This document shows, piece after piece, positions 19,488-27,699 of a DNA stretch of 64,000 bases. The notes beneath the pieces are model-generated. The model ran no database searches and was not told where the DNA came from. It was given only the letters and a program-made list of their open reading frames with translations. The translations under genes were made by a program, and so were the position numbers. Numbering within the stretch: the stretch's first letter is position 1; each line of letters opens with the position of its first letter. The DNA comes from an uncultured Dehalococcoidales bacterium (GTDB lineage Bacteria > Chloroflexota > Dehalococcoidia > Dehalococcoidales > CAZFRL01), in contig CAZFRL010000002.1 of the NCBI GenBank assembly GCA_964521325.1, forward strand, positions 4,396-68,395, in the 5' to 3' direction.

Positions 19488-20349
19488 CTAACTGACGACC
19501 TATATTAACCCATACTTCCACAGAATTACTGGCTCCAGAATCTCTTAAAACATCCCGTGCTCCTGGAAACAACCCACAATATTCCTGAATCATGTTAGCA
19601 ATCATAACGTTCATAGTATCTATTGAAGACGCGATAAGTTTCTCAGTTTCTTTATTAACAAGGGCTTGTGCAATTTGAAGAACGCTTAGACTGCTAGAAT
19701 GAGTAGAACCAGATAGATGTCTATACATAAGGGAAGCTAACATATCGCTGAACCCTGCATCAATACCAATATCGTACCAAGGTAAAACCTTTCTGGCATC
19801 AGGACTCCAGCGCCACAAATCTCGTTCTTTACCTTGAAAAAGCCGCATCTTCTGACTATCAGTAAGCCCTTGAAAAATTATATTCGACTCTAGTTTACTA
19901 CGGATTTCTTCAAGTATCTCCTTTTCCTTCATTTTCTGCTGCTCATTTTCGATTATACCCTCTGGTAAATTTTGCCTATCCGCTAATCCTGCAGCTTCAT
20001 AACACCAATACCTATAATTTTTTTCCTCTACGTTATTGGGTGAGAAGAATACGTAATGAAAGACGAGAAATGCCTCCATTGCTGTTCGGGTTAGCACATC
20101 AATTGATGCAGAATCAACGAAGCTGAATTGTTTGAATGATGGAAGATCTCGGACAACCGTACCATGAGAAAGATAAAGCACTGTGGAAGTGTGGTTAACG
20201 AATTTGTTAGCTAGTTTATGTGCATCCCCTAATCTCCTGCGCTCGTCAACATCACTAATAGATGACACTTTGGTTACACTAATAGCTTTAGCAAGTAGGT
20301 CAAGCAATATTACATATTCCATTTTATGGTTCGACTTAAGCTGTGACAT
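19477..20349 (-). CDS. hypothetical protein, AT-rich orphan with a YRHLSGSTHSS (Rx6H) motif
   Basis: 290-aa ORF behind GGGAGGAAGCT-ATG. A sampled line is 37% GC against 52% in the adjacent CoA-transferase gene. No family assigned with confidence. Confidence 0.6.
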   Translation of the reverse strand: MSQLKSNHKMEYVILLDLLAKAISVTKVSSISDVDERRRLGDAHKLANKFVNHTSTVLYLSHGTVVRDLPSFKQFSFVDSASIDVLTRTAMEAFLVFHYVFFSPNNVEEKNYRYWCYEAAGLADRQNLPEGIIENEQQKMKEKEILEEIRSKLESNIIFQGLTDSQKMRLFQGKERDLWRWSPDARKVLPWYDIGIDAGFSDMLASLMYRHLSGSTHSSSLSVLQIAQALVNKETEKLIASSIDTMNVMIANMIQEYCGLFPGARDVLRDSGASNSVEVWVNIGRQLDED

Positions 20350-20392
20350 AGCTTCCTCCCTACCCCTTTATCTTTTATCTATTCCTACCCAC

Positions 20393-20485
20393 CACCCTTA
20401 GAGGGTGTTTAAGAGGGGCGTTAGCCCCTCTTTATTTGCTCCTCCCCCTCTCCTTTGAAGGAGAGGGGGATAAAGGGGGTGAGGT
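20393..20485 (+). repeat. triple-hairpin G/C-tract intergenic repeat (family F1), copy A
   Basis: Three hairpins: CACCCT-tag-AGGGTG (20393-20407), AAGAGGGGC-gtta-GCCCCTCTT (20411-20432), and CCCCCTCTCC-tttgaa-GGAGAGGGGG (20444-20469). They are followed by ATAAAGGGGGTGAGG. Related copies lie at 38.3, 45.4-45.6 and 60.8 kb. Confidence 0.8.
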
Positions 20486-20553
20486 AGATAACTAAATAAT
20501 AACATAAATCCATGATTAGCTTTGGGCTCAAGTATATGATATAATTAAGCGCA

Positions 20554-20691
20554 ATGAAAAAGGACACCGCCACGAGCGACAAAAAACTTACCGAGCTGAA
20601 AACCTTCATCGAAAATGTAAATAAGAAGGATAAGCTTCACGGCAAAAAGGTTAAATTTGGCTTTACCAAACGAAAACGGAAGCATGGCTAA
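20554..20691 (+). CDS. candidate unannotated sORF, 45 aa, Lys-rich (MKKDTATSDKKLTELKTFIENVNKKDKLHGKKVKFGFTKRKRKHG)
   Basis: ATG lies 8 nt after the extended -10 TGATATAAT (20537-20545) and there is no SD, so it would be leaderless. Below the 60-aa cutoff of the ORF track. Confidence 0.3.
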   Translation: MKKDTATSDKKLTELKTFIENVNKKDKLHGKKVKFGFTKRKRKHG

Positions 20692-20703
20692 AAATTATAA
20701 GCT

Positions 20704-21717
20704 TCATTTTGGGTTACTCACCGTCAAGTCGAACGGATGACCTTCACGCGTGAAATCAGGCAGGTAGTTTACCGACGCATCCATTTCTTGTAACCACCCA
20801 TTTTCTATCTCGAGCCTATCCAACAACTTGATGACCTCTGAATACTCTGACAGCGAGATTGTCCTTGAAAGCAGAGGAATCCGTGAAGCGCGGTGTGCCG
20901 GGAAATACTGAGACATAATACTAACGGTAACCTTTGGAGAAAGCTCACCAACCAGCCAGGTGAGTGATTCCTCGCTATTTGCCAGCCGGTTGGGCAGTAT
21001 AAGGTGACGCACAATCAATCCCCTCTGAGCAATACCCTCATCATCCATCACCAGTTCTCCAACCTGCCGATACATCTCCTTGATAGCGACACGGGCTCGT
21101 TCCACATAATCCGGAGCCTGCGAAAACTTTCTAGCCCACTTATTGGAGGCATACCTCAAGTCAGCCAGGTAAATACTTATTATGCCATCGAGCTCCCTCA
21201 GGGATTTAATAGAATCATAGCTACTGGTATTGTAGACCAGCGGTAGCCTAAGTCCCATTGGCACTGCCTCCAGTACCGCCCGGACTAATTGCGGGACAAA
21301 GTGCGAGGGTGAAACAAAGTTGATATTATGGCACCCCAGTTCATCCTGAAGGTAGAGCATCCGTTCAGCCAGGGTGCGGCAATTCATTTCCCTGGATTGC
21401 TGCCTTTCCCAGTCCTGGCTTATCTGGTGGTTCTGGCAGTAAACACATCGCATATTGCAGTTGCCAAAGAATACTGCCCCTGACCCTCTGCTTCCAGAAA
21501 TGGCTGGTTCCTCTCCATGGTGAGCACAAACCGCAGAGACTACAGGCAGGTGAGCTGAATGGCAAAACCCCAGTTCGTTTTCCCGCCGATTGACGCCACA
21601 TTCTCTTGGGCATATATCGCAGAAACTCAGGCGTGCTTCAAGCGACTCAGCACGCCGCTCCAGCTCACCTGACTGATACAGAGCAATATACCTGGGTTCC
21701 AAAGCCTCCATTACCAC
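20704..21717 (-). CDS. radical SAM protein (PflX-like uncharacterised activase family)
   Basis: CNMRCVYCQN (CxxxCxxC) plus an N-terminal CDICPRECGVNR...GFC cluster. Confidence 0.88.
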   Translation of the reverse strand: MVMEALEPRYIALYQSGELERRAESLEARLSFCDICPRECGVNRRENELGFCHSAHLPVVSAVCAHHGEEPAISGSRGSGAVFFGNCNMRCVYCQNHQISQDWERQQSREMNCRTLAERMLYLQDELGCHNINFVSPSHFVPQLVRAVLEAVPMGLRLPLVYNTSSYDSIKSLRELDGIISIYLADLRYASNKWARKFSQAPDYVERARVAIKEMYRQVGELVMDDEGIAQRGLIVRHLILPNRLANSEESLTWLVGELSPKVTVSIMSQYFPAHRASRIPLLSRTISLSEYSEVIKLLDRLEIENGWLQEMDASVNYLPDFTREGHPFDLTVSNPK

Positions 21718-21820
21718 TCCTCTTACGTATTAAAGCTCACCCTCACAATTACTGGTTTTTGTGCCCAACTGCTAAAATTTCTACATCCTCTCCCGCCACT
21801 ATGCCTTCACCGATTGATAA

Positions 21821-22996
21821 CTAAATAACGCCCTCTTTAATTAAAGCATCTATCTCTTCCACTGATAGCCCTAGCTCCTCATGATATATATCCAAATTAT
21901 GCTCACCAAGCTCTGGCACCCGACCTCCCACCTGCCACGGGGAACGACTCATCTTAACCGGGGCTCCAGGGAGTTTATACTTTTCCCCTGACTGAGGGTG
22001 CTCCACCTCAACAAAGAAACCACGCTCCTTTAATTGAGGACTATCCACAAGCCGTGGTATAGAGGCTACCTCCGCCCAGGGGAGGTGCATCAATTGCCCT
22101 TTCTCCACAAGCTCGGCTACAGTGTGGCTTTTAGTCCACCGCTCTAAAACCTCTATAATATGGTCAAGCTGTTGTAATCGCTTCTCTCTATCCTGCCATT
22201 TTTCATCGGTCAAATCCTCAGCCATACCCTCGGAGTCAAGCCACTCCACCAGCGTTTGCCACCGCCGAAACAGGGTGAGCAAAATGTAACCATCCCGGCA
22301 GGGAAAGATGTGAAAAGCATTATTCCAGTGCAAGCTACCCTGTCTCTTAGCTATAATACCTTCAGAAAAATAGCGCACCAGAACGTGGTCAAGAGTAGCC
22401 GCTACACACTCCTGTAGTGAAATATCTATATGCTGCCCTTTGCCCGAAGCACGCCTCCTCTGCAACACCAGCAGAACGCCGATAGCAGCAAACAGACAGG
22501 CAGTGTAGCAAGCCTGATTGCCAAAGGGTTTAAGTGGTGGCGCCTGGGGCTCTCCGCAGACATACATCTGACCACCCAGAGCTGAAGCTACCATATCGCA
22601 CGACTTATAATCTCGATAGGGACCACTCTGCCCAAAATCGGTGATGGAAGCCATGACCAGTCGGGGATTAACTTCACTAAGCTCAGAATAGCCAAGACCT
22701 AGCCTCTCCAGACATCCCGGCTGATAACTCTCCACCACCACATCGGCAGTCTTAACCAGCCTCTTAAATATTTCCTGCCCTTGTCTAACCCCTAAATTTA
22801 ATGTTATGTCAAGTTTACCGACGTTTGTTCCCCAGAAACAATCGCTTCTAACTGAATCCTTCCCCGGCTCCTCCACCCTGATAACCCCGGCACCCATATC
22901 AGCCAGAAGCCTGGAACAGAACATACCCTTCTCATCAGCTAAGTCGAGGACACGGTAGCCAGATAAAATACCTTCCCTGTTTCCTTGCCTACTCAC
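21821..22996 (-). CDS. CoA transferase, family III (CaiB/BaiF), paralogue of 18279..19487
   Basis: YRVLDLADEKGMFCSRLLADMGAGVIRVE N-terminus. Overall collinear with the other family III gene. Confidence 0.9.
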   Translation of the reverse strand: MSRQGNREGILSGYRVLDLADEKGMFCSRLLADMGAGVIRVEEPGKDSVRSDCFWGTNVGKLDITLNLGVRQGQEIFKRLVKTADVVVESYQPGCLERLGLGYSELSEVNPRLVMASITDFGQSGPYRDYKSCDMVASALGGQMYVCGEPQAPPLKPFGNQACYTACLFAAIGVLLVLQRRRASGKGQHIDISLQECVAATLDHVLVRYFSEGIIAKRQGSLHWNNAFHIFPCRDGYILLTLFRRWQTLVEWLDSEGMAEDLTDEKWQDREKRLQQLDHIIEVLERWTKSHTVAELVEKGQLMHLPWAEVASIPRLVDSPQLKERGFFVEVEHPQSGEKYKLPGAPVKMSRSPWQVGGRVPELGEHNLDIYHEELGLSVEEIDALIKEGVI

Positions 22997-23018
22997 AGTA
23001 AACTCCGTTACGAGGGCA

Positions 23019-24494
23019 TTATGAAGATAGCTGGCTAAGTCTATCTAACGCGGCTTTAATTCGCTTCAGGCACCGCTCCTTACCCAGGACTGCCATAGTT
23101 TGAAACAGCGGCGGTGCCGCTGTCCGCCCGGTAGTTGCCACCCTCAGTGTGCCGAAGAGCTGACCGGTCTTCAATCCCAACTCCACCGCCAGAGGTCTGA
23201 GCACCGCCTCCAGAGATTCAGCATCAAATGCCTCCAATTGCCCAAGCCTCTCCTTTCCCGCCTCTAATGCCTTCGTAGCTGATTCCCGACCCATATTCTT
23301 ACCTATAAGCAGGCCAGCATCATAGCCAAGCTCATCAACGAAGAAAAATTGAGTCAGTTCAGCTACCTCTCCGAGGGTCCTGGCCCGCTCCTGAATAAGA
23401 GGCAGGATATTCCTTACATACCCTTCATCTGATATTAATGCCTCTCCAACGAGTGTATCCATCATCAGATAGGGTTGTACAACGGTAAAAAATTCGTCAG
23501 CGGTTAGACTACGAATATATACTCCGTTCATCCAGTCGAGCTTATCCTGATTAAAGACGGCAGCCGTCCGACTAACCCGCTCCAGGGAAAAGTTCTTTAC
23601 AAGCTCCTGCCGGGACAAAAGCTCGGTTCTATCATCCAGTGACCAGCCGAGCAAGGCAAGGAAATTCACCATAGCCTCGGGCAGATAGCCCTGCTCATAG
23701 AATTCGGTTATAGCCACTGCCCCGTGCCGCTTACTCAACTTGCTGCGGTCAGACCCCAATATCATAGGCAGGTGAGCAAACTGGGGTGGCTCAAATCCCA
23801 GAACCTGATACATAAGTACATGGCGGGGGGTGCTGGACAGCCATTCCTCAGCTCTAACCACATGAGTAATCTCCATCAGGTGGTCATCCACTATGTTGGC
23901 TAAATGATAGGTAGGGTAGCCATCAGACTTAAGCAATACGAAATCATCGATAGTATTATTCTCAAACACCACCTCACCCCAGATTAAATCATTAAACCCG
24001 GTCTGCCCATTGAGCGGTGTCTTGAAACGAACCACCGGTGTAATGCCCTCAGCCTCTTTCTTAGCCCGCTCCTCCTGACTTAAGTCACGGCAGCGCCGGT
24101 CATAGCCGGGCGGTTGCTTACGCTTAACCTGCTCAGTCCGCATCTCCTCCAGACGCTGGGGGGAGCAATAGCAATAATAGGCATCTCCCTGTGAAATCAG
24201 CCGTTGAGCTACCTCGTGGTATTTATCTAAGCGCTGCGACTGAAAATAGGGACCATATTTACCGCCAACCGCCGGACCCTCATCCCAATCAAGTCCCAGC
24301 CAGCGCAGACTATTTAGAATAGCCTCCACCGCACCCTCGACCTTGCGGGCGACATCGGTATCCTCAATGCGGACAATAAAGCTGCCACCATAATGTCGGG
24401 CAAAGAGCCAGGCAAACAGGGCAGTCCTGATATTGCCCACATGGGGATAACCAGTAGGGCTGGGTGCAAAACGCGTTCTAAATGAGTTACGCAT
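23019..24494 (-). CDS. gltX: glutamate--tRNA ligase
   Basis: RFAPSPTGYPHVGNIRTALF (HIGH region) and KLSKRHG (KMSKS). Confidence 0.96.
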   Translation of the reverse strand: MRNSFRTRFAPSPTGYPHVGNIRTALFAWLFARHYGGSFIVRIEDTDVARKVEGAVEAILNSLRWLGLDWDEGPAVGGKYGPYFQSQRLDKYHEVAQRLISQGDAYYCYCSPQRLEEMRTEQVKRKQPPGYDRRCRDLSQEERAKKEAEGITPVVRFKTPLNGQTGFNDLIWGEVVFENNTIDDFVLLKSDGYPTYHLANIVDDHLMEITHVVRAEEWLSSTPRHVLMYQVLGFEPPQFAHLPMILGSDRSKLSKRHGAVAITEFYEQGYLPEAMVNFLALLGWSLDDRTELLSRQELVKNFSLERVSRTAAVFNQDKLDWMNGVYIRSLTADEFFTVVQPYLMMDTLVGEALISDEGYVRNILPLIQERARTLGEVAELTQFFFVDELGYDAGLLIGKNMGRESATKALEAGKERLGQLEAFDAESLEAVLRPLAVELGLKTGQLFGTLRVATTGRTAAPPLFQTMAVLGKERCLKRIKAALDRLSQLSS

Positions 24495-24555
24495 CTATAA
24501 TCCTTCTTGGTTTATTTGGTAAAAACCTAATGGTATGTCACCACAAACAAAGCGG

Positions 24556-24987
24556 TTAAACGATCTCTATGAGCTGGATATCAAAAGTAAGGTCTTTACC
24601 AGCCAAGGGATGATTGGCATCTAATGTCACTTCCGATTCGGAGACATCGATCACCGTAGCTATAACCCTTCGTCCATCCGCTTGATTGACCATTTGTAAG
24701 GGCTGACCGGCCTTTGGTTCCAAGTCCGCCGGAAGTTGGTTACGAGGCAACGCCACTATCATTTCCTTACGGTATGGACCATACGCTTCATCTGACAAAA
24801 CTTTGGTGGTTTTCGATTCCCCCAGACTCATCCCGACTACAGCTTGTTCAAAGCCCGGGATTACCTGGCCCTCGCCTATCGTAAAGCACAAAGGGTCGCG
24901 GTCATTGGAGGTATCAAATATTGTGCCATCCTCAAACTTACCCGTGTAGTGAACCTTAACGGTATCACCAGTTTTTACCTGTGGCAT
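24556..24987 (-). CDS. FKBP-type peptidyl-prolyl cis-trans isomerase (SlyD-like, short)
   Basis: VKVHYTGKFEDGTIFDTS...F.IGEGQVIPGFEQAVVGM plus an insert-in-flap region. Confidence 0.88.
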   Translation of the reverse strand: MPQVKTGDTVKVHYTGKFEDGTIFDTSNDRDPLCFTIGEGQVIPGFEQAVVGMSLGESKTTKVLSDEAYGPYRKEMIVALPRNQLPADLEPKAGQPLQMVNQADGRRVIATVIDVSESEVTLDANHPLAGKDLTFDIQLIEIV

Positions 24988-25085
24988 TCTTTACTCCTTT
25001 CATTTTACAGTTACTATCCAGATAAACGAACTCTGCAATGATATCTAATCAAAGCCACCTTTCACCTCTTCCATCATCTAGCTCA

Positions 25086-25163
25086 TTAATATTCTAGCCA
25101 ATATCCTCTAGTGCTTACCATAAATCTGGGGGCAAAACGCGTCCTAACCGAGTTAGTCATCTA
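25086..25163 (-). pseudogene. relic copy of the gltX 5' end (start codon plus first 12 codons, then unrelated sequence and a stop)
   Basis: 25126-25163 aligns without gaps to 24460-24497, the true gltX start, at 32/38 identical positions. The relic encodes MTNSVRTRFAPR against MRNSFRTRFAPS, and its frame closes after 24 codons. Confidence 0.55.
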
Positions 25164-25195
25164 GACTTTCTCCCCCGCAGTATCAAACACGGATT

Positions 25196-25732
25196 TCAGG
25201 AGATTACAGGTACCCCAACAATATAGGGTGCGAGACCGGTAGGATACCTGCTCATAAATTTGCCATAGTTCTTTTTGTAAAGCTCCGTCTCTTCATATTG
25301 TTTAAGCCAGACTTCTGCACCCTCAATAATATCATTACAAAATATACGCACATCTATATTCAGTGCGTCATTCAAAATATTGCAATGGAATACATTTGTA
25401 GTAGCGGATGGTTCAACGAACATTACTCTTGAATAACCACTTTTTGGATTTTGAGAGCTTCCTTGGTGTAATAACGAACATCGAAAAAGGTAACAGTCTT
25501 CAGCTGTCAAAAAGCCTCTGTATTTATGAGCAACATATTTATCGAACCAAGCTTTATATTTATCGGAATTAGCTTGACCATTTTCGGAACCGATTGCGCC
25601 GCATATATCTGGTATAACCAATGCAGCAAAAAGTGAAAGATAATAGAGATTAGCTTTTAATCCAATCCGAATTTGTTCCAAAAAGTCTTTCGTAAGTTCA
25701 GATCCCCTTTTTGTTAGTTGACATTTCCCCAT
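25196..25732 (-). CDS. hypothetical protein, AT-rich orphan with an LFRCSLLHQG (Rx4H) motif
   Basis: 178-aa ORF starting 24 nt after the rluD stop. A sampled line is 28% GC. No family recognised. Confidence 0.6.
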   Translation of the reverse strand: MGKCQLTKRGSELTKDFLEQIRIGLKANLYYLSLFAALVIPDICGAIGSENGQANSDKYKAWFDKYVAHKYRGFLTAEDCYLFRCSLLHQGSSQNPKSGYSRVMFVEPSATTNVFHCNILNDALNIDVRIFCNDIIEGAEVWLKQYEETELYKKNYGKFMSRYPTGLAPYIVGVPVIS

Positions 25733-25756
25733 TCTACCACCCCACCCACCAATATT

Positions 25757-26662
25757 CTAGGCTATGTCCTTTAGCGCCTGCTCTAAATCAGTGGGCAGGT
25801 CAGACTTGAACTCCACATACTCGCCAGTAGAGGGGAGATTGAAGCCCAGACGGCTAGCATGGATGAACTGCCGCAATAAATAGGCTGATTTTACGCCATA
25901 CATTTTATCGCCTACCACCGGGTAGCCAATAGCCGAAAGGTGAACCCGTATCTGGTGGGTGCGCCCGGTCTCAGGTCTGACCTCAAGCAAGGTATAGTCG
26001 CCCAGATACTTAATTACATGATATTGGGTGCGAGCCTCCCTACCCCCATCTACCACTGCCATCCGCTTTCGGTTACGGGGGTCACGCCCAATAGGCGCCT
26101 CAATAACACCGTCCTCCGGTGTGAGGTGCCCTTTCACCAACACCAGATAGGCTTTTACTACAGAATGAGCCTTGAACTGGCTTATCAGGTTAACCTGAGC
26201 TGCGCTATTCCTAGCCACCACCATCACTCCCGAGGTATCTTTATCCAGCCGATGCACAATTCCCGGTCGTAGTGAGTCACCAGTATCAGCTAAGTCAGGG
26301 AAGTGGGACAGGATAGCGTTAACCAGGGTATGACTTGGGTGTCCCGGTGCCGGGTGAACAGTCAGCCCGGCCGGTTTGTCTATAACTAAAAGGTCGTCAT
26401 CCTCGTAAATGATGTTTAGTGGAATAGCCTCAGGCGATAAAGTGCTGGGGGGAACGGGGGGTATGATGATGGTCAGCTTATCACCAGCATTAAGTTTAAG
26501 CCCTGCCTTGACCTTCCGGTCATTAACAGTAATATAACCACCAGTAATCAGCTTTTGCACATAGGTTCGAGAAAGCTCCGGGTGCTTCTCACAAACATAT
26601 TTATCAAGCCGAGCCCCCGGCTTATCAGCCACAAAACTATAGAAATTATTTACCAACTTCAC
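25757..26662 (-). CDS. rluD: 23S rRNA pseudouridine synthase, RluD family
   Basis: S4-like N-terminus and HRLDKDTSG catalytic motif. Confidence 0.93.
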   Translation of the reverse strand: MKLVNNFYSFVADKPGARLDKYVCEKHPELSRTYVQKLITGGYITVNDRKVKAGLKLNAGDKLTIIIPPVPPSTLSPEAIPLNIIYEDDDLLVIDKPAGLTVHPAPGHPSHTLVNAILSHFPDLADTGDSLRPGIVHRLDKDTSGVMVVARNSAAQVNLISQFKAHSVVKAYLVLVKGHLTPEDGVIEAPIGRDPRNRKRMAVVDGGREARTQYHVIKYLGDYTLLEVRPETGRTHQIRVHLSAIGYPVVGDKMYGVKSAYLLRQFIHASRLGFNLPSTGEYVEFKSDLPTDLEQALKDIA

Positions 26663-26728
26663 CCCCTTTTAATTGGCTAGCTCTCTTTACCAGAATGATA
26701 ACATCCGGGGAATTTAGCCATTCCCTGC

Positions 26729-27238
26729 CTAGCCTGCTGAGCCTTTCTCAGCTCCGGCTAAGAAGAGGAGGGAGTAAGCAAATATAATAACACCGACAAC
26801 TACAGCCGAATCAGCAACATTAAATGCCGGCCAGAAACCAATACTGATAAAATCAGTAACACCGCGAAGATTAGGGTTCAGCCGGTCAATCAGGTTGCCC
26901 ACTGTGCCGCCAAGAACCAGACCAAGGGCTACCCTGGTTAGCACATTATTTAAACGGGGAAAATGGCGATAAATAAAGAAGGCATAGACCAGGAGAACAG
27001 CAATGCCGACTAGGGCAACTATAGATAAGGGGAATGATTGACCAGTAAATAAGCCAAAAGCAGCTCCAGTATTGTGGACGTGGACTATCCGAAAGAATCC
27101 CACTTCAAACAGTGTGTGCCCCTCAGGATAAGCCCGTATCCACGTCTTGCTAAGCTGGTCCGCAACCAACACCAGTAACGCAGTAAGGAAAAAGACTACA
27201 TGCCGCCACCTAACCTGGCGGCGGTTTAACTTTTGCAT
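26729..27238 (-). CDS. lspA: lipoprotein signal peptidase (signal peptidase II)
   Basis: Four TM segments, NTGAAFG and FNVADS motifs. Confidence 0.92.
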   Translation of the reverse strand: MQKLNRRQVRWRHVVFFLTALLVLVADQLSKTWIRAYPEGHTLFEVGFFRIVHVHNTGAAFGLFTGQSFPLSIVALVGIAVLLVYAFFIYRHFPRLNNVLTRVALGLVLGGTVGNLIDRLNPNLRGVTDFISIGFWPAFNVADSAVVVGVIIFAYSLLFLAGAEKGSAG

Positions 27239-27590
27239 CCTTTGCCTGTTGAGCCTTACAATTCAAGCACAAACTCGCCTGTGGAAGTGCCTCTAACCGG
27301 GCCGGGTCTATAGGTTGACCACAAGCATCACATAAGCCATAGCTTCCCTCTTCAAACTTGTTTAAAGCGTGCTCCACATCAGCCAAGCTATCTCTCACCC
27401 GCTTCTCTAAGGCCAGCCGCTTCTCCAACTCGAAGCTTTCCGTTGCCTCCTCCTCCCTTTTACCAAAAGGGCTACCCTCCCGCCTCTCCTCAGCCGGGCG
27501 GATGCTAGCTCTCAACTGCTCTAATTCTTCAATCAAGTGCTTTCGTTCATCTTCCAACCGGGACCGAAGTAGATTAAAATTAATAGTCAC
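27210..27590 (-). CDS. DksA/TraR family C4-type zinc-finger protein
   Basis: Coiled-coil N-terminus and CDACGQPI...CLNC. Confidence 0.85.
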   Translation of the reverse strand: MTINFNLLRSRLEDERKHLIEELEQLRASIRPAEERREGSPFGKREEEATESFELEKRLALEKRVRDSLADVEHALNKFEEGSYGLCDACGQPIDPARLEALPQASLCLNCKAQQAKDAKVKPPPG

Positions 27591-27699
27591 TTCTTCCTCC
27601 CTCTACTTGAGACAGGGTATTTCTTTTCCCTATCTAGTATTATCAGGTAAGTTATTATACTTAGGGACCTACTAAAAGAGCAATGAACGGCAAGGCAAA

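Noticed and set aside
20421-20609. Track ORF of 62 aa (…PFIPLSFKGEGEEQIKRG)
   Set aside because: Its C-terminal half is a direct translation of the F1 hairpin repeat. It has no RBS and overlaps the better-supported plus-strand sORF and promoter.
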